The position numbers were made by a program, and so were the translations under genes. Below the pieces are notes generated by a model, which saw only the letters and a list, made by a program, of their open reading frames with translations, was not told the origin of the DNA and did not search any database. Of a stretch of 64,000 nt of DNA, positions 55,267-64,000 are shown in pieces (positions within the stretch are counted from its first letter, which is position 1; every line of letters begins with the position of its first letter). The stretch comes from Bdellovibrionales bacterium (GTDB taxonomy: Bacteria > Bdellovibrionota > Bdellovibrionia > Bdellovibrionales > JAGQZY01), in contig CAXRHT010000002.1 in assembly GCA_964230645.1 (NCBI GenBank), positions 608,001 through 672,000 on the forward strand. The letters run 5' to 3'.

Positions 55267-56238
55267 TTACCAATTCATCGTGTCTAAATGCCCACCGACG
55301 GTAAAGGTTACAGTGACAAGCTCCGGATTGATCTGCGAGGAGGATCCGGTGAGAAGAAAGAAGTCTTGCTTAAGATTATAATTAAGGTTGGTAAAAAACC
55401 AATCGCCATTGTAGCCGGTGGAAACCAAAAGTTCCGCTCTCCCCGTGGGCTCAACTCCTGTAGAACTTTCCTGCCCCTCATAGACCAACTCCCTAAAGGT
55501 CACCCCGGGACCTGCCATTAGGTAGCCTCCTAAAAACCATTTTCTCGACATAGTGTACCCGTACCCCGCTTTGGCCGAGAGGGTTCTAAAAGTGCCCCCT
55601 TTGATTTGCCTGAGCACATCGTACTGGGGTTGCACGGCTGTCGGCACGATACTTTGATCAGCCGAGAAATGAGTTTCATTGATTGAGCCACCAAAAAGAA
55701 AAGACCCACCCCAACTTTCTTGTCTCTCATTTTGTGAACTCAAGGCTAATAAAGAAAAGTCCTTTTCATTCCAGATCCAGGTCATTGTGACTCCAAGACC
55801 GCGGGCGTACAGATTGGGTCTTAATATCCTTGGGTCAGAATCCTGAAGATTAGGGTCCACTTCTGAGGAGTTTTCAAGGTACATGCCTCGGTATTGGTTG
55901 TAATAGGCCTCAATAGCAAAGCTTTGATAGGTAAAATCCACTCTTATGTCATTAAAAGTGGTTTCACCATAAAGGCGCTTTTCCTCATCCTCTAGTCCCA
56001 ATCCCATAGCCCAGCTCACAGTGATGAGATCTTTATAGGCAAGCCTTGGTACAAAGACGTCATCCACATTGGGTTTATAAAAAAGGTCCGAGCGTGTTGA
56101 GCTATCACGCAGATGGAGGGTGTAATCAAGATTTTGAATGGCCGTGGAAAGATGGACTTCTCGATCGGGGTAACGATAGATATCAGCCTCTGCGATCAGA
56201 GGAAAAAACACCGCGAGGAGAAGTCCTAGGAATTTCAT
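55267..56238 (-). CDS. DUF4421-like outer-membrane beta-barrel protein
   Basis: Signal peptide; YKPN, YNQYRGMY, ERQESWGGSFLFG, GYGYT and GYNGDWFF. Confidence 0.68.
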   Translation of the reverse strand: MKFLGLLLAVFFPLIAEADIYRYPDREVHLSTAIQNLDYTLHLRDSSTRSDLFYKPNVDDVFVPRLAYKDLITVSWAMGLGLEDEEKRLYGETTFNDIRVDFTYQSFAIEAYYNQYRGMYLENSSEVDPNLQDSDPRILRPNLYARGLGVTMTWIWNEKDFSLLALSSQNERQESWGGSFLFGGSINETHFSADQSIVPTAVQPQYDVLRQIKGGTFRTLSAKAGYGYTMSRKWFLGGYLMAGPGVTFRELVYEGQESSTGVEPTGRAELLVSTGYNGDWFFTNLNYNLKQDFFLLTGSSSQINPELVTVTFTVGGHLDTMNW

Positions 56239-56244
56239 AGGGTT

Positions 56245-56523
56245 TTATTTTGTTCTTTTAATCAGGTGATATCCGAACTGAGTTTGCACGGGACCTGAAA
56301 CTTGATCCACGTCCAAAGAAAAAGCAGCCTCTTCAAAAGAAGGAACCATGCGTCCTTTAGAAAACTCACCAAGATCCCCACCAGTTTTTCCCGAGGGACA
56401 TTTGGAAAATTTTTGAGCCATTTCAGAAAAGCTCTCGCCCTCTTCTAATTTTTTTAGAATGTCTTCGGCTTCATGTTTATTTTCCACCAAGATATGCTTT
56501 GCGGCGATCGTGTCCATCGTCAC
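56245..56523 (-). CDS. ppiC: Parvulin peptidyl-prolyl isomerase
   Basis: AKHILV, FSKCPSGKTGGDLGEF, MVPSFE, PVQTQFGYHLI. The start may be the ATG at 56517. Confidence 0.93.
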   Translation of the reverse strand: MTMDTIAAKHILVENKHEAEDILKKLEEGESFSEMAQKFSKCPSGKTGGDLGEFSKGRMVPSFEEAAFSLDVDQVSGPVQTQFGYHLIKRTK

Positions 56524-56584
56524 TCCTCGTTCGTTAGATCTGTTCGTTTTTATTCTTAAAACTGCCTATCAAGTATCACTAAAT

Positions 56585-57061
56585 TTAGCGATACTCAACT
56601 TTAGATATCTCCACCCACTCGTCTCCCTTGGGACGCTTGACTTTGACCTCATCGCCTTCGAGTTTCCCTAAAAGAGCCTTAGCTAGAGGGCTTTTCCAGG
56701 AAATCTTTCCCTCTGAGGTGGCAATTTCATCCTCACCTACAATTTGATAGGTTTTCTGCTCACCCTCTTCATTCTCAATGGTCACTGTCGCTCCAAAAAC
56801 CACCTTCTCAGTGTCTTCTTGTTCTTTCGGATCAACGATCTGGGCGTCCTCGATGCGCTTTGTGAGCCAACGCATACGGCGATCGATCTCTCGCAGTCGC
56901 TTTTTGCCGTAAATATAATCGGCATTCTCACTTCGATCCCCATTACTAGCCGCCCAGGCCACGGTTTTCACCACCTGAGGCCGATCCTCACGCATAAGGT
57001 ACTCAAGCTCGTCTTTAAGCTTCTTGATTCCAATGGGGGTTATATAATTCGGATGAGCCAT
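56585..57061 (-). CDS. greB: Transcription elongation factor GreB
   Basis: NYITP, WAASNGDRSENADYIYGKKRLREIDRR, ISWKSPLAKAL. Confidence 0.95.
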   Translation of the reverse strand: MAHPNYITPIGIKKLKDELEYLMREDRPQVVKTVAWAASNGDRSENADYIYGKKRLREIDRRMRWLTKRIEDAQIVDPKEQEDTEKVVFGATVTIENEEGEQKTYQIVGEDEIATSEGKISWKSPLAKALLGKLEGDEVKVKRPKGDEWVEISKVEYR

Positions 57062-57109
57062 AAGAGAGGAAATTATCGTTTTTTAAACAACCTGGCAAGA
57101 GCTTGAGTT

Positions 57110-57547
57110 TTAGCCACCAATATCCAGAAGATATTGGTCCTCTTGGACGTCATTTGAGCCTTTTTGGCTTGAGAGTTGACGATGAAGCCTTGGCTGGGAG
57201 TCTCCTCTGACAACTTTCACAGGACGCCACGCACTAAAGCGCGTGCGCTTGCCTAAATCCACCTGCCGTACTCTCCAGTAATAGTCTTTGCCAAAATAAA
57301 TCATCACATGATGAAAGTGTTTGTCGTCCACATTACTGTAGGTGTTCACACCGTTAGAGACTTCCACTTCATAATGACTCTCTTCATTCATTTTTTGCCA
57401 CAGAAGTTGAACCGCTCCTTTTTGCCCCTCTGACTTCTTGTCCACAACGATATGAGGAGTGTAAATTTTCAAAGGAAAAGGTTTATTCTCTCCAGAGTAT
57501 AAATTCTGAGTGCTTAGCAAAATAAAAATCACCAAGATCTGTTTCAT
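57110..57547 (-). CDS. Hypothetical secreted protein, FN3-like
   Basis: GAGGGG RBS, signal peptide, LLW...YEVEVS...YYWRVR...FSAW pattern. Confidence 0.62.
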   Translation of the reverse strand: MKQILVIFILLSTQNLYSGENKPFPLKIYTPHIVVDKKSEGQKGAVQLLWQKMNEESHYEVEVSNGVNTYSNVDDKHFHHVMIYFGKDYYWRVRQVDLGKRTRFSAWRPVKVVRGDSQPRLHRQLSSQKGSNDVQEDQYLLDIGG

Positions 57548-57578
57548 GAAGCCCCCTCACAAAATGTGGTCATTGATA

Positions 57579-57605
57579 CTTTCGGAGTGAGGCGAGCTAG
57601 ACTTA
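57579..57605 (-). promoter_or_regulatory. Possible sigma-28 promoter
   Basis: Minus strand TAAG-N15-TCCGAAAG, 31 nt upstream of the 57547 start. Confidence 0.4.
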
Positions 57606-57630
57606 AGAGAGAGTCTCAAAAGCAAACGTT

Positions 57631-58461
57631 CTAAATATCGTAATCTTTTATAAGTTCGCCCAAAAGAGGATCTAGGAACTCAGCTAAAGCGTGAGATAAT
57701 TTTACTTGAGTCTTTTTTTCTAAGAGATGTTTCAAATCAAGAGCATATAAAATATGGTCACTTTCTAGAGATTTGTAGGCATCGTTAAAAGTTTGATTGG
57801 CTTTTAGCCGCGAGCGCAACCCCAGGGCGTAGTCTCTCTGAGAGTCCTGTTGGCTTGAAAAACAGGAGATTAATTTTTCGATGAAGGCTGTATCATTAAT
57901 ACTCAGTGCGCGCTTCTTTTCAGAGTCCAACCAGTCAAGGCCGCGCCAAACCTCACAGCCTAAAAACTCCTCCGGTCGAAATTGAGAGTCTCTAAGAGAT
58001 TCAAAAACATTCCTAAATACAGCACGGTGAGTTCGGTGGCGATCAAAAGGGTTATGGGTATAAACTTTTTGTGGCTTAATGGTTTTAATTAGTTCGCTGA
58101 GTTGTTCTTTAAGAATGGTAAATCTTGGATTTTTAACATCACTACTGGAGTGACCGAGCTGAATCACTGCGAAGTAGCCAGCCAACTCTGCGGCCTTAAG
58201 TTGTTCAGATCTTCGAACCTTGATTTTTTCAGAAATAAGTTGTGTGGAGTTTTCACTAATAAATGAATCACTCACGCCATGAGTGCAAACCACACCCACA
58301 AACTTTTTTCGATCATCCTGCAAGCACTCTTCAATAAGAGGCCCTGCCATGATCTCAAGATCATCGGGATGAGCGCCAATGGCTAAATGAGTGCCAAGAG
58401 ATAGGTCTTGCTCACCATCACCCTGAATAAACAAGTGATGGTGCTCGCTTTTGTCGATCAA
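57631..58461 (-). CDS. PIG-L/LmbE family N-acetylglucosaminyl deacetylase
   Basis: Motifs AIGAHPDDLE, RRSEQLKAA, YTHNPFDRHRTH and GCEVW. Confidence 0.85.
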   Translation of the reverse strand: MIDKSEHHHLFIQGDGEQDLSLGTHLAIGAHPDDLEIMAGPLIEECLQDDRKKFVGVVCTHGVSDSFISENSTQLISEKIKVRRSEQLKAAELAGYFAVIQLGHSSSDVKNPRFTILKEQLSELIKTIKPQKVYTHNPFDRHRTHRAVFRNVFESLRDSQFRPEEFLGCEVWRGLDWLDSEKKRALSINDTAFIEKLISCFSSQQDSQRDYALGLRSRLKANQTFNDAYKSLESDHILYALDLKHLLEKKTQVKLSHALAEFLDPLLGELIKDYDI

Positions 58462-58484
58462 TTCTTCTCCCTTGGGCTAAAACA

Positions 58485-58988
58485 TCAGCCAAAATTAAAA
58501 TTAAGATAAGGCGTCCAAACATCTTCTTGCTGTTTGATCTTTGCCTTCATATCAAACTGCGGCGTCCATTTCAAAGGCTTAGGCTCACTCAAAAGAGGCA
58601 TATTGGCTTCTTCTGGCGTACGATTGCCTTTTTTGTGATTGCATTTATGACAGGCAGAGACCAGGTTTTTCCAACTCTTTGGCCCTCCCCGAGACACCGG
58701 CATAACATGGTCAAGGGTAAGCTCTTTATGAGGGAACTGATCACCACAGTACTGACATAAATATTTATCACGAATAAAAATGTTTTCTCTTGATAAACGA
58801 ACGCGTCGGTATTGCTTGGGTTTAATGTAATATCTTAATCTTAAAACCGCGGGCGCGGAATAATCGCGACGAACAGACCTTATGAGTACCTCATGGGACT
58901 CAAGGATATCGACTTTGTGTTGAAACCAGAGAATCATTGCCCTCTGCCATGTCACAACCTGCAAAGGTTCGTAAGTGGCGTTTAACAA
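58485..58988 (-). CDS. HNH endonuclease (McrA-like HNH family)
   Basis: LNATYEPL, RENIFIRDKYLCQYCG, LTLDHVMP.SRGG..SWKNLVSACHKCNHKKG. Confidence 0.92.
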   Translation of the reverse strand: MLNATYEPLQVVTWQRAMILWFQHKVDILESHEVLIRSVRRDYSAPAVLRLRYYIKPKQYRRVRLSRENIFIRDKYLCQYCGDQFPHKELTLDHVMPVSRGGPKSWKNLVSACHKCNHKKGNRTPEEANMPLLSEPKPLKWTPQFDMKAKIKQQEDVWTPYLNFNFG

Positions 58989-59235
58989 TAAGACTCTAGG
59001 AAAGTTTAGATGGCTAGGGACCCACCTCCTGGTTATGTTACATCCCTTTTAGGATTGCCCAGTCTTCGTTTTTTTCACAAGTCCAGTTTAAACTAAGACC
59101 CAACTATCCTATCTATAATTATAAATTATAGCGCTAGATCCTACAACTAGAGGGCCTTTGGGGCCTTCTCCTCTAAAATAACCGTGTCATTTCAAGAAAT
59201 GAGCCTCTATTAAGATTGGGTTTAGATTCTGCGTG

Positions 59236-59511
59236 TTAAAAAGAACTGAGCAGGTAGAGCATTAAATTGACCCCACTCAGCCCCATAAGGAGCTTTTGAT
59301 ACCAAGGCTTATCCACCAAATCGACAATCACCTGATTCTTTAGAACGAAATGAATGGTGATGATGATCACGTATATTTGTGCCAAACCATTGATCACAAT
59401 CAAAAGAGAAAAGAGTACACTCTGACTACTTTCCCAATGGCCAAAACATAAAAAATAAAGGATGAGACTTACCCCATATCCTAAAAGAAAAAGTAGATGT
59501 TGTAAGGTCAT
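59236..59511 (-). CDS. Small membrane protein
   Basis: GAGGGAG RBS and three hydrophobic segments. Confidence 0.6.
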   Translation of the reverse strand: MTLQHLLFLLGYGVSLILYFLCFGHWESSQSVLFSLLIVINGLAQIYVIIITIHFVLKNQVIVDLVDKPWYQKLLMGLSGVNLMLYLLSSF

Positions 59512-59558
59512 AGGAAACTCCCCTCAAATGGGCCAAGACTTGGAAGTTTGTTTTTTAT

Positions 59559-60401
59559 TTAGCTTTCTTTAGATTTTAATGTACTGCTCGCTTCTTTCCT
59601 GGGAACAAGCCCTTTACCGGTGGTCAAAAGAGTCCTTAACCAATAGGAAAAACTATCTTCTGGGCGACCATCAAGGGTTGAAATGCGCATTCCCTTTTGC
59701 TCAAGATCTTGGACGATCTCTTTAGCCAATACTTTACTTTCTTTGGTGTGAACGAATTTGACTCCAAAACCAACAGCATCCGAGCGATTATGAATGATCG
59801 CCTCACCTCGAAAGCCTTGTTGAGCCCCTGGCGATGTTACGGGTAGGTGAATCTGAATCTCGGAATTATCACTGGGCATTTCGTTGGATTTTACAAAAAG
59901 ACCATTTTCAGAGATGTTACCCACCTCTCCTTCAACAGGCGTACCTCTCCCCACCTGCGACCAAGTGCAGTTAAAATTGCATTTATAACGAGGTTGAATC
60001 TCCCACCAACGCATGCGGCGATCAAAATAAATATTGCGAACCGCAGGGATTAGAAAGTAACTCACCACTATAATGTTAACAACATACACAGCTATGATCG
60101 GAAAAAGACTGATGCTTTCTGCCTTGCTTAAATAGCCGGTATAACTGAACACAAAAAGGGCTGTGATTGAAAACAAATAAACGTAAAAGCTCCACTTCTT
60201 ACAAGCGTAAATAGAATATCCCGCAACAATCGGCGCAACCACAATCACCCAATTTCGAATTAGATACTCAGGGCTCAGAGCGTAAACCAAATATTCAAAG
60301 ACATTACGATTTACAATGAGCGCATTAAAAATTATATTTCCAATAGGAGCTAAAAAATGCAGGATTGCTAAAAGAATGAGTGACCAAGGACGCCGTCGCA
60401 T
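59559..60401 (-). CDS. Membrane protein with C-terminal PilZ domain
   Basis: 4 TM helices, then RMRWWEIQPRY, NISENGLFV and GFGVKF. Confidence 0.82.
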   Translation of the reverse strand: MRRRPWSLILLAILHFLAPIGNIIFNALIVNRNVFEYLVYALSPEYLIRNWVIVVAPIVAGYSIYACKKWSFYVYLFSITALFVFSYTGYLSKAESISLFPIIAVYVVNIIVVSYFLIPAVRNIYFDRRMRWWEIQPRYKCNFNCTWSQVGRGTPVEGEVGNISENGLFVKSNEMPSDNSEIQIHLPVTSPGAQQGFRGEAIIHNRSDAVGFGVKFVHTKESKVLAKEIVQDLEQKGMRISTLDGRPEDSFSYWLRTLLTTGKGLVPRKEASSTLKSKES

Positions 60402-60512
60402 TTTTTTATTATCCTACATTCTACCCAATTGAGCAACAAGGCTACTCGAAGGTCGGGCCCACTAAGTCGCACATTTGTTTTAAAACTTTGACTCGTATCA
60501 AAAGAGGATTCC

Positions 60513-61481
60513 ATGATTCAATGGTCAATTAAGACAATCAAACTTCCACTGCGCATGACTTGGAAGATTTCTCGTGGCCAGTTTGATACGAAAAAGAATT
60601 TTATTATCGAAGTCAGAGACGAAGACCACCGGGCCTTCGGCGAGGTTGCCTTTCCTACAGCCTCTCCCCTTGAGGATCAAGCTCATGAACGCTTCTCCAA
60701 GCTTTTAGACGAAGAGGTTCAAAGTCTTGAGGGTCTGTTAAATACCGGACTCCCAAGCCCTATGATGTTTGGTCTGACCTCAGCTTTCACCCACCTGCAA
60801 GCCCAACTTAACAATCAAAGTCTAGCCGAATACCTTGGCCAAAACCCACGAGAGAAAGTTCCGACTAGCTTTTCGGTTCCCATTCTCGACGCCTCTGCAA
60901 TGAAAGATTATATTGAAAACTTTAATCTTGAGCGCTTTAAAGCTTTAAAACTTAAAATCTCTACAGCAAACCCCGTGGCCCCCTGCATAGAACTTTGGCA
61001 TCAAACTCAAAAGCCCCTTCGAATTGATGCCAACCAATCTTTTCAAAGTACCAATGAAGTTTTAAGATGGTTGAAAAAATTGAAAGGTCTGGAAATCGAG
61101 TTTATCGAACAACCTATGCCGGCTGGCAAAGTGGATGACTATATCCAACTTAAAGAAGAAAGCCCCTACCCCATCATTGGTGATGAGTCGATCACCGACA
61201 AAGTGGAACCCGATTTATGGCAAAAACAGTTTCACGGGGTAAATTTTAAATTGATGAAATCTGGAAGTTATCAAAATCTATTAGCGCAAAAGAAGGCCGC
61301 TCAAAAAGCCGGCCTTAAAACTATGCTTGGCTGCATGGTGGAAACAAGCCTCGGAATTTCAGGGGCCCTAAACCTTGCCACCGACTTTGACTACTATGAC
61401 CTTGATAGCTTCTTATTCTTCAAAAAAGAGCCCTTCGGTAAAGTTGGAGAGGAACAAGGCCTTCTGTCCTTAACCTTGTAG
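60513..61481 (+). CDS. L-Ala-D/L-Glu epimerase-like enolase-superfamily enzyme
   Basis: Motifs WKISRG, KLKI, RIDANQ, FIEQP, IGDES, NFKLMKSG, MLGCMVE and DLD. Confidence 0.82.
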   Translation: MIQWSIKTIKLPLRMTWKISRGQFDTKKNFIIEVRDEDHRAFGEVAFPTASPLEDQAHERFSKLLDEEVQSLEGLLNTGLPSPMMFGLTSAFTHLQAQLNNQSLAEYLGQNPREKVPTSFSVPILDASAMKDYIENFNLERFKALKLKISTANPVAPCIELWHQTQKPLRIDANQSFQSTNEVLRWLKKLKGLEIEFIEQPMPAGKVDDYIQLKEESPYPIIGDESITDKVEPDLWQKQFHGVNFKLMKSGSYQNLLAQKKAAQKAGLKTMLGCMVETSLGISGALNLATDFDYYDLDSFLFFKKEPFGKVGEEQGLLSLTL

Positions 61482-61775
61482 GAAAATCAAATAACACGAC
61501 TAGAGCAGCAGTACCAAAGCGACATTCCCTAGCCTGTGATAGTTTTCAAACAAATCTTTAATTTTTTAAATTTCATATTGAGAAGAGCTTTTCAAAGACT
61601 CCGGATTTTATTTTTTTCGGGTAACTTTTTGACGATTCCATTTTGCCTCCTCAATTTCGTCAAAAAGTTCTACTCTTTCCTTAAAAGAAAATTCTTTTTT
61701 CTCATATTGATTCTTTGAATTAATTAGTTATTCCAGTAACATAGATATATGTACACGACTAAAGGCGGTGACGGA

Positions 61776-62240
61776 ATGAAAAACCTATTACTAACGTTTG
61801 TTCTCTTGCTCATTTATCCCCTAACGCTTCAGGCTCAAGATGGGATCGATACAACTCTGTTCGATGAGCTCCCTATTAAACAAACCGAAATCTCACAAGT
61901 GACTCACTTGTTTTGGAATGCCAAAAGTATCCAAGACAATGTTAGGCAATCCCTGCCAAGTCATGTGAGCTCTAAATTCTATAAAAGTGATGGAGCCAGA
62001 GGTTGCAAGGTTGATAACGTTTTTAAAACGGAAGTTTCGGTGGAAGCTTGTGAGTTGAGCGATGACCCGGAGAAAATTGCTAACTTTATCTATAATTTTA
62101 ATGTCTCGTGTAACTTTGGATCTTATCAGATTTCTGTTTGCTCAAGAGAGGAAAGTAAGCTTTTAAACCAGCTAAAGGTCTCTAACCCTGAGAAACTCGT
62201 TTCTGACGATAATCCTTTTGACCTTGATTCCACAATGTAA
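61776..62240 (+). CDS. Hypothetical secreted protein (4 Cys)
   Basis: Signal peptide MKNLLL...AQ (ORF open from 61749). Confidence 0.7.
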   Translation: MKNLLLTFVLLLIYPLTLQAQDGIDTTLFDELPIKQTEISQVTHLFWNAKSIQDNVRQSLPSHVSSKFYKSDGARGCKVDNVFKTEVSVEACELSDDPEKIANFIYNFNVSCNFGSYQISVCSREESKLLNQLKVSNPEKLVSDDNPFDLDSTM

Positions 62241-62254
62241 TTAACTTAAGGGAC

Positions 62255-63235
62255 GTGGGATCCCAGAAGATATTCGCCATTGGAGACATCCATGGATGTG
62301 CCCAAGAGCTTAGCGACCTAATTGCCAAACTGCCTTTAGACAATAATAGTAAAATTGTCTTTCTTGGCGATTATATCGATCGCGGCCCGGATTCTCGAAA
62401 TGTCATCGAACAAATCATTGAACTGAGCGACCAGTATGAAGTGGTCGCTTTAAGGGGCAACCACGAGGCTATGCTCTTAGAGTTTTTTAATGACCCTTCA
62501 TCAAGTATGGCCGGTTTTTTTATCCTTAATGGCGGCAGTGCCACACTCGCAAGCTACATCTACCAGGACAACCAGTATCAGATTCCTGATGAGCATATGA
62601 ACTTTTTCAATAACCTCCCCTACTACCACGAAACCGAAGACTACTTTTTCGTCCACGCGGGTGTACCTAATATAAAAATTGATCAAATCGATGTTGAAAC
62701 CCACAAGCATGAGCTTTTATGGATTAGAGAAGGATTTTTGCGCTCGCGCTTTAACTGGCGCAAAAAAATTATCCACGGCCATTCTCCGAGGCCTGAGCCT
62801 GAAATCAAAAAAAATCGTATCAACCTTGATACGGGTTGCGTGTTTAGTGGCCAACTCACTGCCATCGAGCTACCCAGTGAAACCATCTACCAAGTTCCAG
62901 CCCGTAAGAAAATCCCACGCACCTTTCTTAAAGAAAGTCCACAGAGTTCAAGAGTGGCCAAACGTTTCTTAGGTGAGATCCCTGTCTTTGTTGAAACTAA
63001 AGAGGGTTATGATGAGTTCACCACGATCAACTACAATGAATTTGGACTCTTGATTGTCGACCTTAAAGGCGGTGCTCCCCTTTTTGAAGTGGGTCAGGTA
63101 ATCACCGGAAAAATAGGCAGTCTTTCTTCTGTACAGATAGAATTTACAGGGGAAGTAGTGAGGCATCAAAAACACCGCAACCAAATGAGCTACGGTATAA
63201 AGATGCTCGATCCACTCAGTAAAAATTCAATTTAA
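62255..63235 (+). CDS. PPP-family Ser/Thr metallophosphoesterase fused to a PilZ-like domain
   Basis: GDIHG, GDYIDRG, RGNHE, FVHAG, HGH, LDTG; C-terminal RVAKR...NYNEFG...GEVVR...YGIK. Confidence 0.85.
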   Translation: MGSQKIFAIGDIHGCAQELSDLIAKLPLDNNSKIVFLGDYIDRGPDSRNVIEQIIELSDQYEVVALRGNHEAMLLEFFNDPSSSMAGFFILNGGSATLASYIYQDNQYQIPDEHMNFFNNLPYYHETEDYFFVHAGVPNIKIDQIDVETHKHELLWIREGFLRSRFNWRKKIIHGHSPRPEPEIKKNRINLDTGCVFSGQLTAIELPSETIYQVPARKKIPRTFLKESPQSSRVAKRFLGEIPVFVETKEGYDEFTTINYNEFGLLIVDLKGGAPLFEVGQVITGKIGSLSSVQIEFTGEVVRHQKHRNQMSYGIKMLDPLSKNSI

Positions 63236-63387
63236 AAAATATACACACTGACTTTGAGAGTCACTAAAAACCAAAATGGCACCACGTTTTCAGCCAAGTT
63301 TTGTCACCTCAAGAGTTTTTAAAATTCCACTCAGTCTTCCATTAAAAAACAATGGGTTTTCAACCTGTTCTTTGAAATTTTAACAAC

Positions 63388-63403
63388 TGGCACTGTCCTT
63401 GTA
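63388..63403 (+). promoter_or_regulatory. Possible sigma-54 promoter
   Basis: TGGCAC-tgtcc-TTGTA (consensus TGGCAC-N5-TTGCW) upstream of the 63464 ORF. Confidence 0.5.
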
Positions 63404-63463
63404 TTAAGAAGAAACCAACAAGATTCCATGAAGGAATCAAAACTTAAAACAGAAGAGGTCATT

Positions 63464-64000
63464 ATGAGGTCTATAACAGAGCTTAATCAGCCGTGCTATG
63501 CCCTGATCACAGGGTTCATTGTTGTTTTAGTAAACTTAAACTTTGCGCAAGCTCAAATTTGCGCGAACTTTCAAGTCGAAGATGCCGCCTGGGGCATGAC
63601 CCCTAGGCAAGCCGAGCGCATGCTCTCAAACGCCGAACTTCCTAATAACCAGAGGGTGAGTCGTAGTGAAAAGATAGAGCGTGTAAAAAATCATATCGAT
63701 GTTTTCCATAATGGTTCGAACATCATTAGTAACGACGAACTCGCCCGAACTCTTGTCGATGTGGCCGAGTGCACAGGCCATGACTTCACTTTCTTTGCTG
63801 GAATCATCAAAAAAGAATCCACTTACTGTTTAGATCGCCATAACAATGGCAGCGGAGCTTCCGGTTGCGGGCAATTTACCTCTTGGCCCATCCGCGTTTA
63901 TAAAAATCAATTGCTTCTTCCCGGACGAGAGGAAAACGGCGACCCAGATTTTAAGGCCGCTATTGAAACCCTCCTTTCTCGTTGCTATGAAGGACGTCCT
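63464..64000 (+). CDS. Secreted lytic transglycosylase (SLT)-like protein, truncated by the window end
   Basis: Translated by hand (absent from the ORF track). GAGG RBS, signal peptide ending AQA, then VAECTGHDFTFFAGIIKKES...SGASGCGQFT, matching the SLT 'ES' and 'GLMQ' motifs. Confidence 0.7.
   Translation, partial: MRSITELNQPCYALITGFIVVLVNLNFAQAQICANFQVEDAAWGMTPRQAERMLSNAELPNNQRVSRSEKIERVKNHIDVFHNGSNIISNDELARTLVDVAECTGHDFTFFAGIIKKESTYCLDRHNNGSGASGCGQFTSWPIRVYKNQLLLPGREENGDPDFKAAIETLLSRCYEGRP

Noticed and set aside
58485..58988. HNH as a mobile homing endonuclease or defence system
   Set aside because: It matches the widespread standalone LNAxYEPL HNH family; no intron, methylase or defence neighbours.

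Overview
A chromosomal segment most consistent with a Bdellovibrionota predator. This assignment is inferred from an FQNC-type lipobox, many orphan secreted proteins and lipoproteins, several sigma-28 promoters and PilZ proteins. About 45% of the window is one 28.5-kb minus-strand ORF (6093-34637, ~9,500 aa). It encodes a predicted lipoprotein with 76 (hand count) tandem ~115-aa Ig-like modules, each with one Cys pair. The modules are ordered in a titin-like 7-module super-repeat (2,400-2,406 nt period, nine turns, with a 14-module second-order pattern), followed by Ig/FN3 domains and a unique ~355-aa tip. A near-consensus sigma-28 promoter lies upstream. The rest holds housekeeping genes (tcdA, tatD, cdd, pyk, ppiC, greB, tRNA-Met), envelope and secreted proteins, and signalling proteins (CheA-like kinase without CheW, PilZ proteins, a phosphatase-PilZ fusion). 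It also holds a DsbA-like protein lacking CxxC, an orphan type IV pilin, REP-like palindromes, a candidate CsrA-binding sRNA and a window-truncated lytic transglycosylase-like ORF. I saw no integrase, transposase, CRISPR array or reverse transcriptase. All family assignments come from motif recognition by eye, not database searches.
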